A stretch of 64,000 bases of DNA from Narcine bancroftii (taxonomy: Eukaryota), in NCBI RefSeq assembly GCF_036971445.1, contig NC_091470.1, positions 278,132,001 to 278,196,000 of the forward strand, given 5' to 3'. How positions within the stretch are numbered: position 1 is the first letter of the stretch; each line of letters starts with the position of its first letter. Below are positions 13,396 through 24,119 of the stretch, in pieces. The position numbers and the translations under genes were made by a program. The notes under the pieces were generated by a model. The model was not told where the DNA came from and did not search any database. It saw nothing but the letters and a program-made list of their open reading frames with translations.

Positions 13396-14758
13396 AGTGA
13401 GAAGTTGGCATGAGTAGATGGAATGCAGAGCTGAATGGTACTTCACCGACCAGTGGAGGCAGAGATGTCCCGTGTTGTGGAAAGGCACAGAAAGGTGCGT
13501 GAAGGAAGGTCCACAGACAGGCGTTCATTTTGGGTTAAGCAGCCATGATGAAACAGCTGTCTTAGGCTCCATGGCCATTTAATGAGGGGGTGATATCCAG
13601 GTTACAATTTAGCACTGAGCCTGAATGGTAAATGCAGTGGCAGATTAACCATTAGGCTGAGTAGGCTGAAGTCTAGGGCCTAAGGTAAGTCTAAGGTAAG
13701 AGAGCCCATCAAACAACAATAGAAATAAGAGATACAACCACAGAAATATTACTTTAATGATGCCAAAGGGAACTAAACCACAATATTAAAAGTATTTTAA
13801 AAATACAACTTCGTGTCAATTGGTTTTCACCTATTCACTAAAATCAAAAAAACAATGGGGGGAGGGGTTGGTGTAGGAGACATTGACAACATTTATCATG
13901 AGCGTTGCTTTAATAGGGCTCTAAGAATTATAGAAGACTCTTTCTATCCAGCACACAGTACCTTTGAAGGAGGTATAGGAGAATGAAAATCAGAAGCTGC
14001 CATGCTAGACAATAGCTTCTTCCCACAGGCTGTAAGATTGATGAATGAGATTGATGGTAACCTGTAATAGAGTAAATAATCCCAAAAATTGATATATTTA
14101 TTCTTAATTATATCTTTGTACATAGGTGATTATTATGTTCTGTAATTTGTATTTGTAATGTTTATGCACGGTAGTCTGGAGAAATTATGTTTCATTGGGT
14201 TGTCCATAAACAGTCAGATAGTAAACATGAACTTGAAAGAAAGAAAGCAGTATCAGAGAATGTGAGATAGAGATAAGTTGAATAAAGAGGAATCTCTGAT
14301 AGGGTGAGACCAAATATGGCAGTTAGAATCAAATGATTCTTTATTGTCTATTTCATGTGTAATAACAAACCTGTAGGACATGTCCACCTGGCAAAGATGG
14401 AAAATATCTGTATAGTCTGCCCTTTTTTGACTACTATACAAAGTGGTGGCACAGGAATGCAGAGTCTGTTACCCAAAGTGAGGGAATCAATAACCAGAGG
14501 AAACAGGTCTAAGGTAGGGGGACACATTTAACAGGAACCTGAGGGTAACCTTTTATGTAGAAGGTGGTGAGTGCATGGAATGTGTTGATTAGTAAGGGTT
14601 TGCTTAAGGTGGTATGTGAGTGGGAAGGGAAGGTTGGGACCACTGCTCTAGACCGAATTGTTACTGAAATATTTTGCTTGAGAAAAATTGTCAATGGCCT
14701 ATTTCCTTTGGAGTTATGAAAAAAGTGCTCATAAGGAGTCAATGACATACAATTAAAA

Positions 14759-14891
14759 CAGTGGTTTTCAAATGTTTTCTTTTCCACCCACATACCACCT
14801 TAAGCAATCCCTTACTAATCACAGAGCACCTATGGCATCAGGAATACTGAAAGTGACATGTGAGTGGAAAGAAAAATGTTGAGAACCACTG
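14759..14891. mobile_element. hAT/Charlie-like MITE (with an inverted partial copy at ~14588-14645)
   Basis: TIRs cagtggttttcaa ... ttgagaaccactg; internally palindromic. Confidence 0.6.
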
Positions 14892-16599
14892 CAAGACTCC
14901 TATCTATTCACAAGTGAATTGCTGCTTTACTTGGAAGGACTATTTGGGGGTTTGAATAGTGGAGTAAATGCAAATGTAACACTTCCTGTGGATAGATACC
15001 AAATGAGTGATTGGGGAGAAGACTGAGTGGATGAGTCACTGAGGGTGTGATTCTGACAGAAAATGAAGAAGGGAGAGGAAGATGTGTCTGGTGCAGTGAT
15101 CACATTGTAGATGGTATGTTGGACCTGGAGTCTTGTGGGGTGGTTGGTGAGGACAACGACACCTGTTCTTGATACTTCTCTGCTTAACTCTTCCACTTCC
15201 CAGTTCTTCCTCTTTTACCCTACTCCTTGATGTGAATATGTAAGATATTCTAGTAACACATAGAATTGACATCATGGACAGTCTTTATCCAAAGCCTTTT
15301 TTATAGCATTACATGGATACTTGGTGCCTTTCATTGTGCATGAACCATTGGAACTTGAAATTTTATATTGTCCACCAACATCTGGAACTTTGGCAGAAAT
15401 AAATCCAAAATTCCCACTACCCCTTGAGCAAAGATCCGTGCAGTGAGGAGTATCGGCCCAGGTGGTGCAGAAGGGGGAATCTGGAGGCCACTTGAGACTT
15501 AATGGCAAGGGCAGAAATTGTGGCCTGTTGAAAGAAGTGGGTCTGGAAGTTTCCATGGGAACAGGAGCCACTCTGCCCCTTTGAACTTGATCAGGTCAGG
15601 CCATCTGAGGTGCTTGAAGACAAAGGGTTAGTTGATATCTGGTGAAATGGTTAGGCTGCTGCACTAGGATTTTTCATCTGTTTCTAAATCAAGGACTCAC
15701 CTATTCCAGACCAAGCTAAGCTTCATAATTAGTCAAAGTTTAGGTCCCAGGGACAGGTGCCCTATGAGAGGGAGTGGAGTGAGAAAGGAAAGAAATGAAG
15801 TATAAAGAAGAGGGATGTGGACTGGGAAAATGGGACTAGCTCTGGGGCCATCCTGGTCAGTATGGTCAAGTCGTATGAAAGAGTCTATTTCCATGTTGTT
15901 CCACTCTATGACTAACATCCTTCCTCTAATTTTGTCTGAGTGGATTTCAGCACAGTATGTATTTTTTTACAGGTAAACAGCAACTCTTGATTCAGACTCA
16001 TCAGGGCCATTTTTAATTCTGGTAAGACATGTTTTATTATTCCTGTTCAGCAAACATTGGCTCGAAAGGTTCCAAGAATGGCGAGTTTACCACACCAGGG
16101 AAGATTGATTAGGCTTGACCAGTACTTTTTTCTAAAGTTTGGAAGGAATCTCATTAAAAAGTATACAATTCTGACAGGGGTTGAAAACCTGGGTGCTTTC
16201 ACTGGAGTCTACTGTGACTCAACATTGAAAGGGGATGTCCTCAGACAAGGGGAATGCATTTTAGGACTGAGATAAGACATTGCTTCACACAAAAGGTGGT
16301 GAATCCTTGGAAATATCAACCCCACAAGTTGCTCAGGTCCAGTCATTAACTTTCTGAAAAACACAAGATAGATTTCTGGATTCCCTTGATAGGTGTTAAG
16401 TGAATCAATAGATGGGGTTGTGGGGTTGTGCTGGAAAATGATGAAAAATAACCATGATCTGGATGAATGGCAAAGCCAACTCAAAGGGCTGCAAAGCCCA
16501 TTCCTTCTTCTGGTTGACCTCTGACGTTCTATTCCTCTTTCTCTGAAGTTCTGACCAGTGAAGCAATTCCAGTTGAATCCAATATTCCAGTACTTCTCC

Positions 16600-17100
16600 T
16601 GTGGCCAGGGAGGACACAAAGATAGTTGCCAATACCTGAGCTAACTCTTCCCTGGCTTCCTGTAGTAATCTGGGATATATCTCTTCTGGTTTGGGGATTT
16701 ATCAATCCGAACATTTTAAAGAAGACCCTGCACTTCCTCTTTCTTAACCTCAACGTGCTCCAGCGCACAAGCTTGTTCTCTACTGACCTCACATTGACCA
16801 AGGTCCCTCTGGTGAACATTGAAACAAAATATTCATTTAGGACCTTTGCTACCTCTTCTATCTCCAGGCAGATGTTACCCTTAAGTGGCCCTGCTTTCAT
16901 TCTCCCCATCCTTCTGTCCTTCACGTATGCATAGGATACTTTAAGGGTTTCCTTAATCCCCTTGGAGCTATCCTCCGTCCTGTCGTAAATTCCTTCCTGG
17001 CTACCATATTATACTCATAAGTCCTTCCTGCCTTTTGCTTCCTAACCCTTCGGCATGCTTCCTTCTTTCTCTCACCACTTTTGTCAACCATGGCTCCCAT
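16600..17100 (-). mobile_element. CR1 LINE ORF2 fragment
   Basis: Minus ORF with GPLKGNICLE..EVAKVLNEYFVSMFTR, homologous to the CR1 at 45121-47455. Confidence 0.75.
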
Positions 17101-18287
17101 ATCCTAGCTTTTTTTTTTCCTTTTCAGTGAGACAACCCTTTAAACCCGAGGAGCCCAAATTAAGGGCCCCCCAACCGAAAGATCGACCGTCCATTTTCCC
17201 CACATTTGCTGCCTGACCCGTTAGGATCAGCGGAGACTCGGGAAGAATTTTCAGAAGTTTATTTTGTAAACTTCTGAAAATTCCCGAATCTACGCTGACA
17301 CTCAATGAACAGCGTGTATTTCCCAAGTATTTGGAAGATTCCAGAGACCTTCCACCATTCACAACTTTATGGAAATCTAAACTTCCTTGCGTTCTCTTGT
17401 TGCTTCAACTCGTGGAAAATCAAAAGCCGAGTCATCTTAGATTAGCGCATTTTACATCTTAAAAACATCCCTCGGCTTCGTCGACGTCGTGTTCCTTCCT
17501 CTTTAATGTTCAAACTTTCTTTAACAGGTTTACCATTGAATTGTTAAACTCTGGCCGGCACCCCCTTTTAAAGAATTGGCTCTTGGTTTCCACAACGCAC
17601 ACTGACCCCATCTCATTCCAGCTGTGGTCAACGCCACCATCCACGTTCATGGCTCCAGCCCACAATCTCTTACTGTACCCTCTCACCCCAGCCAAGTGGT
17701 CCCACACCACGGCTTTCATCCCCACCCCGTCCGAGCTCAAGTTAATTCTGCGATAAGATCTCCCATGGATGGCGGGTTCCTGCAAGATACCGACTGCTCA
17801 GTTTGCATCGAGAAAGAAGGGTCGAGTTGGCCAGCGCCACAAAGAGACCTGGCGTCATTTGAGGACATGTTGATTTATTTGGTTCTGGCCTTCGTTCACC
17901 TTTCTTGTAAATAACACAAAGCATATTTTGCTGTAAGATCTGGAAAGAAGCCCCATAATTGGTAACACAATGCTTCTCTCTCGCCACCTCCTTCAGCCGC
18001 CACAGCTCCTGTGGCCATGAGGCAGTCACCAGAGCCGCCCGGAGGGTTGCGCGTAGCTTGTGTCAGATGGAAGGCGTAGACAATCCAGCATTAGTTTCCA
18101 TCCATTGATACCAACAGATGGTAACCATTGATACCATCCGCAGGATCCTCCCGCACCAGTCCCAGGACATTTCCTTACCAAACCCGGACATCGTCTCAAG
18201 GTTCAGCAGCTGAATTATGAAGCCTTCCACCTTCATCCTGACAATTGACAATATTGTACCGAACGACACAGCGGCCTGCTAATGTGC

Positions 18288-18338
18288 CGCCAGGTCGGGG
18301 TGAAGCGCCAGGTCGGGGTGAAGCGCCAGGTCGGGGTG
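18288..18338 (+). repeat. 18-bp tandem repeat (cgccaggtcggggtgaag x ~2.8) inside the RSS of the pseudo-J
   Basis: Directly visible. Confidence 0.9.
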
Positions 18339-18340
18339 TG

Positions 18341-18394
18341 CGAGCGGTGGGATAAATTACTGTTTCAGAATTGGAACCAGATTGGTTGTTACAG
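18341..18394 (+). pseudogene. TRGJ: TCR gamma J pseudogene/ORF segment (...FRIGTRLVVT, phase-1 GT donor)
   Basis: Ends GGAACCAGATTGGTTGTTACAG|gtaaat like the functional Js; FGXG is replaced by FRIG; WDKLL is one base out of frame; preceded by heptamer-like gggtgtg. Confidence 0.7.
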
Positions 18395-18629
18395 GTAAAT
18401 GTGATCCAGCTTCATCCTCTCTTTAACTATCTGGGTGTTGGGCTAATGGTAACGCATAAGTAAAGGGTGGCCTTGCTTCACCAGCTTCCAAATCACGTGT
18501 GAACTAGTCGCCTTTGACAATACAAGGTAACATGCGCTGTAATACGATAAAGGCCCAGAGGGAAAGCAAAAGACCGGGAAAGTGCCCTGTGATCCCTTTC
18601 CGAACAGGGTCCGTGGGAAATATTACTTT

Positions 18630-18880
18630 GAAGTAGTAGCACCACAGTTCCCAGCTTCAGAGCTCCAAGTTCAATCCCCACCTCCGATGCTGTCAGTGTG
18701 GAGATGGCACGACCTTCCAGTGATCGTGTGAATGTCGACCGCGCGCTCCCGTTTCTTCTCATATCCCAGACATGTGCGAGTTAGGAGGATAATTGCCCCC
18801 ACTCTCCCTCCCGTGTAAATTGCCCCGAGTATGTAGGCGTGGCGTGGAATCTGGAGGGAGGCGTTGGTAATTAGGGAGGA
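18630..18880 (+). mobile_element. Decayed tRNA-derived SINE (V-SINE/HE1-like)
   Basis: B-box-like gttcaatccc followed by ..gctgtcagtgtggag.tggcacg.. core; similar remnants at ~26440-26630 and ~49660-49860. Confidence 0.5.
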
Positions 18881-19119
18881 TAAAATGCGATCAGTGCGAG
18901 TGTTTGACCGCGAGAGAACACCGGTCTTGAAAGACGACACCGCCGCCAATGCGCCACTCTCTCAGTCCAGCTTCTGGCCTCTGCCCCTGCTCTGAACTCG
19001 CCGCTGGGTTAATGCCAACCCAGTGGTATCAGCATGGGACACGGGAGACTTCCACTTCAATGGAGAAATCATGGGATAACTTCCCGATTTCAGAGGATGG
19101 TTATTTATTTTACAGCTTA

Positions 19120-19128
19120 TTCCTAGAA
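19120..19128. promoter_or_regulatory. STAT5-type GAS site TTCCTAGAA in the putative J-gamma germline promoter
   Basis: Perfect TTCYNRGAA 60 bp upstream of the J1 RSS; TTC-N4-GAA at 19171-19180. Confidence 0.5.
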
Positions 19129-19187
19129 TCCAAGTCCGGAGAGTTCGGATTTACCGGGGTAAACGAACGCTTCGATAGAAGTGGTAT

Positions 19188-19215
19188 GCTTTTTTCTAAG
19201 CGATCAGACACTGTG
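19188..19215 (+). other. 12-RSS of first functional J (nonamer gcttttttc, 12-bp spacer, heptamer cactgtg)
   Basis: Consensus heptamer abutting the J coding end; T-rich nonamer at exact 12-bp spacing. Confidence 0.88.
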
Positions 19216-19272
19216 TCACTCGAAATACACTCAAGAAGATATTTGGCACTGGAACTGAACTTGTCGTCACAG
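19216..19272 (+). CDS. TRGJ: TCR gamma J segment (TRNTLKKIFGTGTELVVT)
   Basis: KKIFGxG..LVVT motif typical of J-gamma; RSS; phase-1 donor G|gtgag compatible with C exon 1. Confidence 0.95.
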
Positions 19273-19398
19273 GTGAGCCTTTAGGGGTTACCAAATACAT
19301 TCGGTCTTCCGACTAACAGGGTTACGATCGAGGATAGTGAAGTGAAAGGTTTGGAGAGGGAGTCATTGTTTCGGTTGGTGCAGATTTAGGGCCGGCCC

Positions 19399-19426
19399 GG
19401 TTATTGTACAGGTGTTTAATTCCGTG
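19399..19426 (+). other. 12-RSS of second functional J (nonamer ggttattgt, 12-bp spacer, heptamer ttccgtg)
   Basis: 8/9 nonamer match, exact 12-bp spacer, heptamer keeps the essential GTG. Confidence 0.88.
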
Positions 19427-19483
19427 TCACGTCTGGTTCATGGAAGAAAATATTCGGCCAAGGAACTCAGCTGATCGTCACGA
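19427..19483 (+). CDS. TRGJ: TCR gamma J segment (TSGSWKKIFGQGTQLIVT)
   Basis: WKKIFGQG motif; RSS; phase-1 donor A|gtaagt. Confidence 0.95.
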
Positions 19484-21499
19484 GTAAGTAGAATGGGAGC
19501 TCTGGGGACTTCAGGAGATTCCAACACTTCGAACGTTGCAAAAAGGGCGAAAAATGTCAACAGGGGTGGGGGTCAAGGAGGCTGGGGGCAGCGTGAAAGC
19601 AAACAGAGGGTCCAAGGAGGCAAGGAGAACAAAGTGCGGGGAGTGGGCAGGGGAATCGGGGGTGCGGGAGTTGGCATGGAGAACTAGAGTCGCGGAGAAT
19701 CGAGGATGGGGAACAGAGGGAGTGGGGAGTAGGTTTGGGTTGCCGCTTCTTCACGATGGCAAACTCCTTGTTCCCGCTGGACCCACCTGGCTGGTGAGGC
19801 AACCCCTAGACTTTATTTCAAGAAATTGACTTGGGGGCTCGGTCGAGACTGACGCACACAGGCTTAGTTCGCCTCGGCATTTCAATCCTCACTCGGAATT
19901 TGGTGGAAAAAAAATGACTAAAACACAATAAAACGGCGAGACGCCGAGCGAGATCAGCGAGGGAGGGAAATCGGTTTCGGATCCGAACCCTGGCGCTCAG
20001 AAAACGTCCCGACCCGAACATTTGACTGCCCATTTTTCTCCGTGGACGCTGCCTCGCCCTCCGGGTCCTTCCTTCCCTTTGCTCAAAATTCCAGTATCTG
20101 CCGATTTTGTGTTTCTCCGAGGGAGGTTATGACCGGGAGAATTCGGGTCGACCTTCACTAACCTTTTAAAACAGGTATCTCGATTCCTTCTTTTTAAAGT
20201 ATTTTTTTTACTGAGTTTAACAAAAGCCCTTTACACAAGGTTTACTAACGATAACATAAATTAAGTCATATCATATACATATCACGTATGAATTGTAAAT
20301 TAGAAGCAGACCCATAATTAGGTGCCTCACTTCTAAGGTAACACGGGAGGCTAATGATGCAACTGGGAATGCAGAACGGCTGTCTGGAACCACCATTCAT
20401 TGCAAAAGCTTGTTGGAAGCTGAGAGCGGCGTATGATGTGACTCCAGCCTTCACTTTAAAAAAGTTGAAAAATCAGAAATCTGGAAAAAAAATGGAAGCA
20501 CTCAGCAGGTCAGGCAGCGTCTTTCGAGAGAAATAGAATTAACATTGTCCAACCCAAAAGAGTTTCTCATTCCCCGCGTTTAATATTTTATGAATCCTGC
20601 ACACATCAGTTTCTGCAAACATTCAGGAATCATCTGATCTTTGAAGCACGTTGGAGATCTGCAGTCGCTTGACGGAAAAGCCTGTAAAGACTGGTCACTG
20701 CTTTCCAGTGGATGGGGCTGGGTTGGAGGTTCCGGCTGTGTACGCTGGAAGGGCGTGGGACGAGTTCAGGCTAAGATGCCGCACTGGGAGTTTTAGCCAG
20801 CAGTGGGATTCCCCAAGTCTTCGGCTCCAACCCATGCTGAAGAGCTCACACTCCCCAACTCCTTCGGAATTCGTTATTTCAAATCACTGAAAGCGGCAGA
20901 AAGTTTAACTGATTTAAAAGATGGCGTTTCAGAGACTGCCCTATGAGGCAGCGAGTGTCAAACCTTTTGTGAAGCCAAGTTGTCACGGAAAAGGTCCTTT
21001 ATATTCCTCAGTAGAATGTCTACAAGGTCCCAAATGGATTATAATTTTTTACTAAGTTCTAGTTTGGGGCTGCGAAATGTCAGAGAGGTGATTAGCAAGG
21101 AGGGAAGGAGCCCTGGACCAGGCCGAGTTTACATAAGAGCAGCTTGCTGGTTGTAAAAGAGACCATTGCTTTAGTTAAATCCAGGGAGTGGTTGCTGTCC
21201 AATGTATTAATTCACTCTCTTAACAGGAAAAAGCAGCTACAAACCGGCACATTAATAATTCTGTATTGAAAATGTCAGACTGGTAACGTTGTGGGGAAAC
21301 CATTCGCTATTTCAGTCAGCGAATCACACTGGCTTCTTGAGACATTGAGCGGTGACAGGAGGCGGCTGGCGCAGGGTGGTCGAGGGTCATTTTTGCAACT
21401 GGAACCCCATAACCAGTGGTATATTCCAGCGAGCAGTATTCGGACTCATTTGTTGATTGTTTACACCATGCTTTGGCTCCCTGAAAAGTCGGTGATGTG

Positions 21500-22600
21500 A
21501 ATGAAAAGCAACTTTACAGATGACCCGAAAATTAGCGGCGTTGTGCAGGGCGAAGACTGCACGACGAATTTTATCGGTGGTTTAGATACGAGACCTGCAG
21601 AGGAATGGACAATGGAAAGATGTCGATGCCTTAGAGAGGGTGTAAAGGAGATTTACAAAGATGCTGCCCGGAATGGAGAGCAAGCCTTATAAGGATAGGT
21701 TGAGTGAACTTGGATTTGTCTCCTCGGAGCGACTTGGCCTGGTCGAGGTATACAAGATGATGAGAAGCAGTGATTACATGGTTTTACCCAGGTCTGGTGG
21801 CTAATGAGGAGGGATATTTTTAAGGTGTTTGTAAGTAAATATGGGGGGAGGGTGTAAGAGGTAAGTTTACACAGAGTGGTGGGTGTATTTAATGCGCTGC
21901 CGTCAACGATCTTGGAGGCAGCTAAATTTAGATAAATACTCTATGGAACAGAGGAAAATGGAAGGTTTGGCAGCAGGGAAATTCTCGGACGTAAGTTGGA
22001 GTGGGTTATCAGGTCGGCACAACAAGGAGCCGAAGCGCCTGTACTGTGCTGTACATTTCTATGTTCAAATTAGAAAAGTGTGGAATGATATGTTTTGGGC
22101 CGACTAAAGAACTGAGGAACCTTGGTGCTTATGTCCAAGGATTCCTGAGTCATGGGTCGGTGGAGAGGTTGGAAGTCATACAGACTTCCTGACTTCATTT
22201 GCCGGGGCACAGAATCAAGGAGATGTTGGTTAGGACGCAATCAGAATTTGGTTTTGTGGCCACATTTTAGAAAGGACATGATTGTACAGGAAAGGACGCA
22301 AATGAGATTCACCAGGATATTTTTGGGACGGGGCATTCAGTTACAAGGAGAAACTGGAGAGGCTGTATTTCTTGAAGTGGACAGACCTGATTGATATACA
22401 TGAAATTCTACCGTGAACAGACTGTGTACTGTAGATAAAGCGATATCCTTAACATAAGGGTAGGAGCTTGACAGGGGATTTCGGGAAAATAATTGTCTCC
22501 TAATTGCCTGAGGGGATGGTAGCGACAGAATCTCGCATAGTATTTACGAAATTTTTAGATGAACACCGAAGAACGAGTCGAAATGAGTAAAGACTGGAAA
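21500..22600 (+). mobile_element. Old CR1 LINE 3' fragments in the J-C intron
   Basis: FTDDPKISGVV (cf. FADDTKIGG); WPHFRKD..ERTQMRFTR remnants. Confidence 0.7.
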
Positions 22601-22975
22601 ATGGGATGGAAACGTAATGGTTGGCAAGGCGGCAATAACTGACACACTATCGTGAGATAGGCACCTTCTGCCTATCGGGCTTGTGCTATCCACCAAGCCC
22701 CTTTCTCCACCTCTGTCCCACAATGCCTTAAATGCATCTCGTCTCTAACACTCCGTAATGGAAACACTTGGCTTTCCATGTCAAAACCTTCAGGACCTTA
22801 AACCGTCTAACATTGTTTAATGTCTACGATATTCATCCAAAGTGAATCACCCTACATTTATCGATGCTAAATGTCAATCATGTTTTATCCAAAATCTGCA
22901 GCTGCTCATTGCGAGTGCGGATATTGAAATTTGTAATCACACACAGATCATATATCATATGTTTTTTATATTCAG

Positions 22976-23281
22976 ACAAAAAGCCCTCGGCTCCGACAGT
23001 TCGTCTTTTCCCACCCAAGCTGCAGAACGACAAAGGCTTTGTAGCCTGTTTGGTTACAGACTTCTTCCCCAATGTGATCAATGTCAAGTGGAAGATCGAT
23101 GATAAGACCCTGTCATCCAACCTGCTGGAAATTTCAGTGAACCAAATGGAGGGAGGGACCTATTCAACCATCGATCACTTGGAAGTCACCAAAGTGGAAT
23201 GGGAAGAAAAAACAATCGTTTGTTACGTGGAGCATGAAGCCGGCAACGAAAAGGCATCAACTTCCCGGAAGAAAAGAGAAG
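22976..23281 (+). CDS. TRGC: TCR gamma constant region exon 1 (C1-set Ig domain)
   Basis: ttcag| acceptor; (D)KKPSAPTVRLFPP..VACLVTDFFPNVINVKWK..TYST..IVCYVEHE with both Ig Cys and the Trp; phase 1-1, donor G|gtactg. Confidence 0.95.
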
Positions 23282-24041
23282 GTACTGTTCTTCCCGCAGC
23301 GAATTTTGCAGAATTTATGCAATTCGCTCGTAAAATTCCAATTTTAGACCATTTTTAGGCCTTTTCTCCTCAAGACGCAGCGATTATAAAATTATACAGC
23401 TGCTCACCAACTGGCACTCGTGATACACTTCACTTGGAATCATGGTCCATTAATGAAATGTAAGACTGGTGCATCGGGGTGAACTGCTCTGCCACAATTC
23501 ATCCCTTCCTCTCCAGCCGTCCTTCCTCTATCGCCCAATGCCCTCTCTACAAATATGATGGGCTTAGCATTTTTTTTTGTTTCTCTCTCTCTCTCTCTCT
23601 CTGTGTTATTTAATAGCAATGTTATTTAATAGCAAAATAATAATGGCATCATATATGTGTAACAACACCGCGTTGATAATTTGAGATACGAGCTGGTAGT
23701 CTATTTAACATAATCACTCATGGTACTGAGTGAGGGAGCGATTTCTAAATACAAATAATTTTAATTTTATGGCGTAAATGAATTCGTTCTCTTGGTAGGG
23801 TTGTGCAGGAATTCAAGTAAAATGTGTCGGTTATTTTCTGCACCGTTCCTGCATTGAGGGGAGCTGCAGAGGACAACTCGGGACGAGGACGAGTTATCGA
23901 TCTGTAGTCCTATAAACATCACTTAATATACCCGCCAGACTCGTAGCCCGTTTCTCTCCCCTCCCCCCTCTCTCTTTCTATCTCACTCACGTTACAGGTT
24001 ATTTCGAAGTAATGTTTCTATATTTCTTTGCGTCCCTTTAG

Positions 24042-24119
24042 AAGCTCACACCTCCGAAGTCCCAGAAAATCCTAAATGCCCACCCAAGGACAAGGATTTA
24101 CCAGAGATCATGGTCGAAG
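24042..24119 (+). CDS. TRGC: TCR gamma constant region exon 2 (connecting peptide with interchain Cys: EAHTSEVPENPKCPPKDKDLPEIMVE)
   Basis: Polypyrimidine tract plus tag acceptor; 78 nt, phase 1-1, open frame, single Cys; donor G|gtaatt. Confidence 0.88.

Noticed and set aside
15940-16078. Possible fourth J (ttacag|gtaaac) or 49-nt exon next to TTCCAAGAA
   Set aside because: No FGXG, no RSS and no ATG; splice-like motifs are compatible with chance.
17440-18280. GC-rich ORFs upstream of J as a gene
   Set aside because: No coherent exon structure; probably a decayed non-LTR fragment that I cannot identify confidently.
20100-20180. FGS-containing J-like stretch with cag|gtatct
   Set aside because: No FGXG, wrong splice phase, no heptamer; abuts a repeat end.
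22864-22975. N-terminal part of the 164-aa ORF as part of TRGC
   Set aside because: Intronic sequence upstream of the splice acceptor at 22975.
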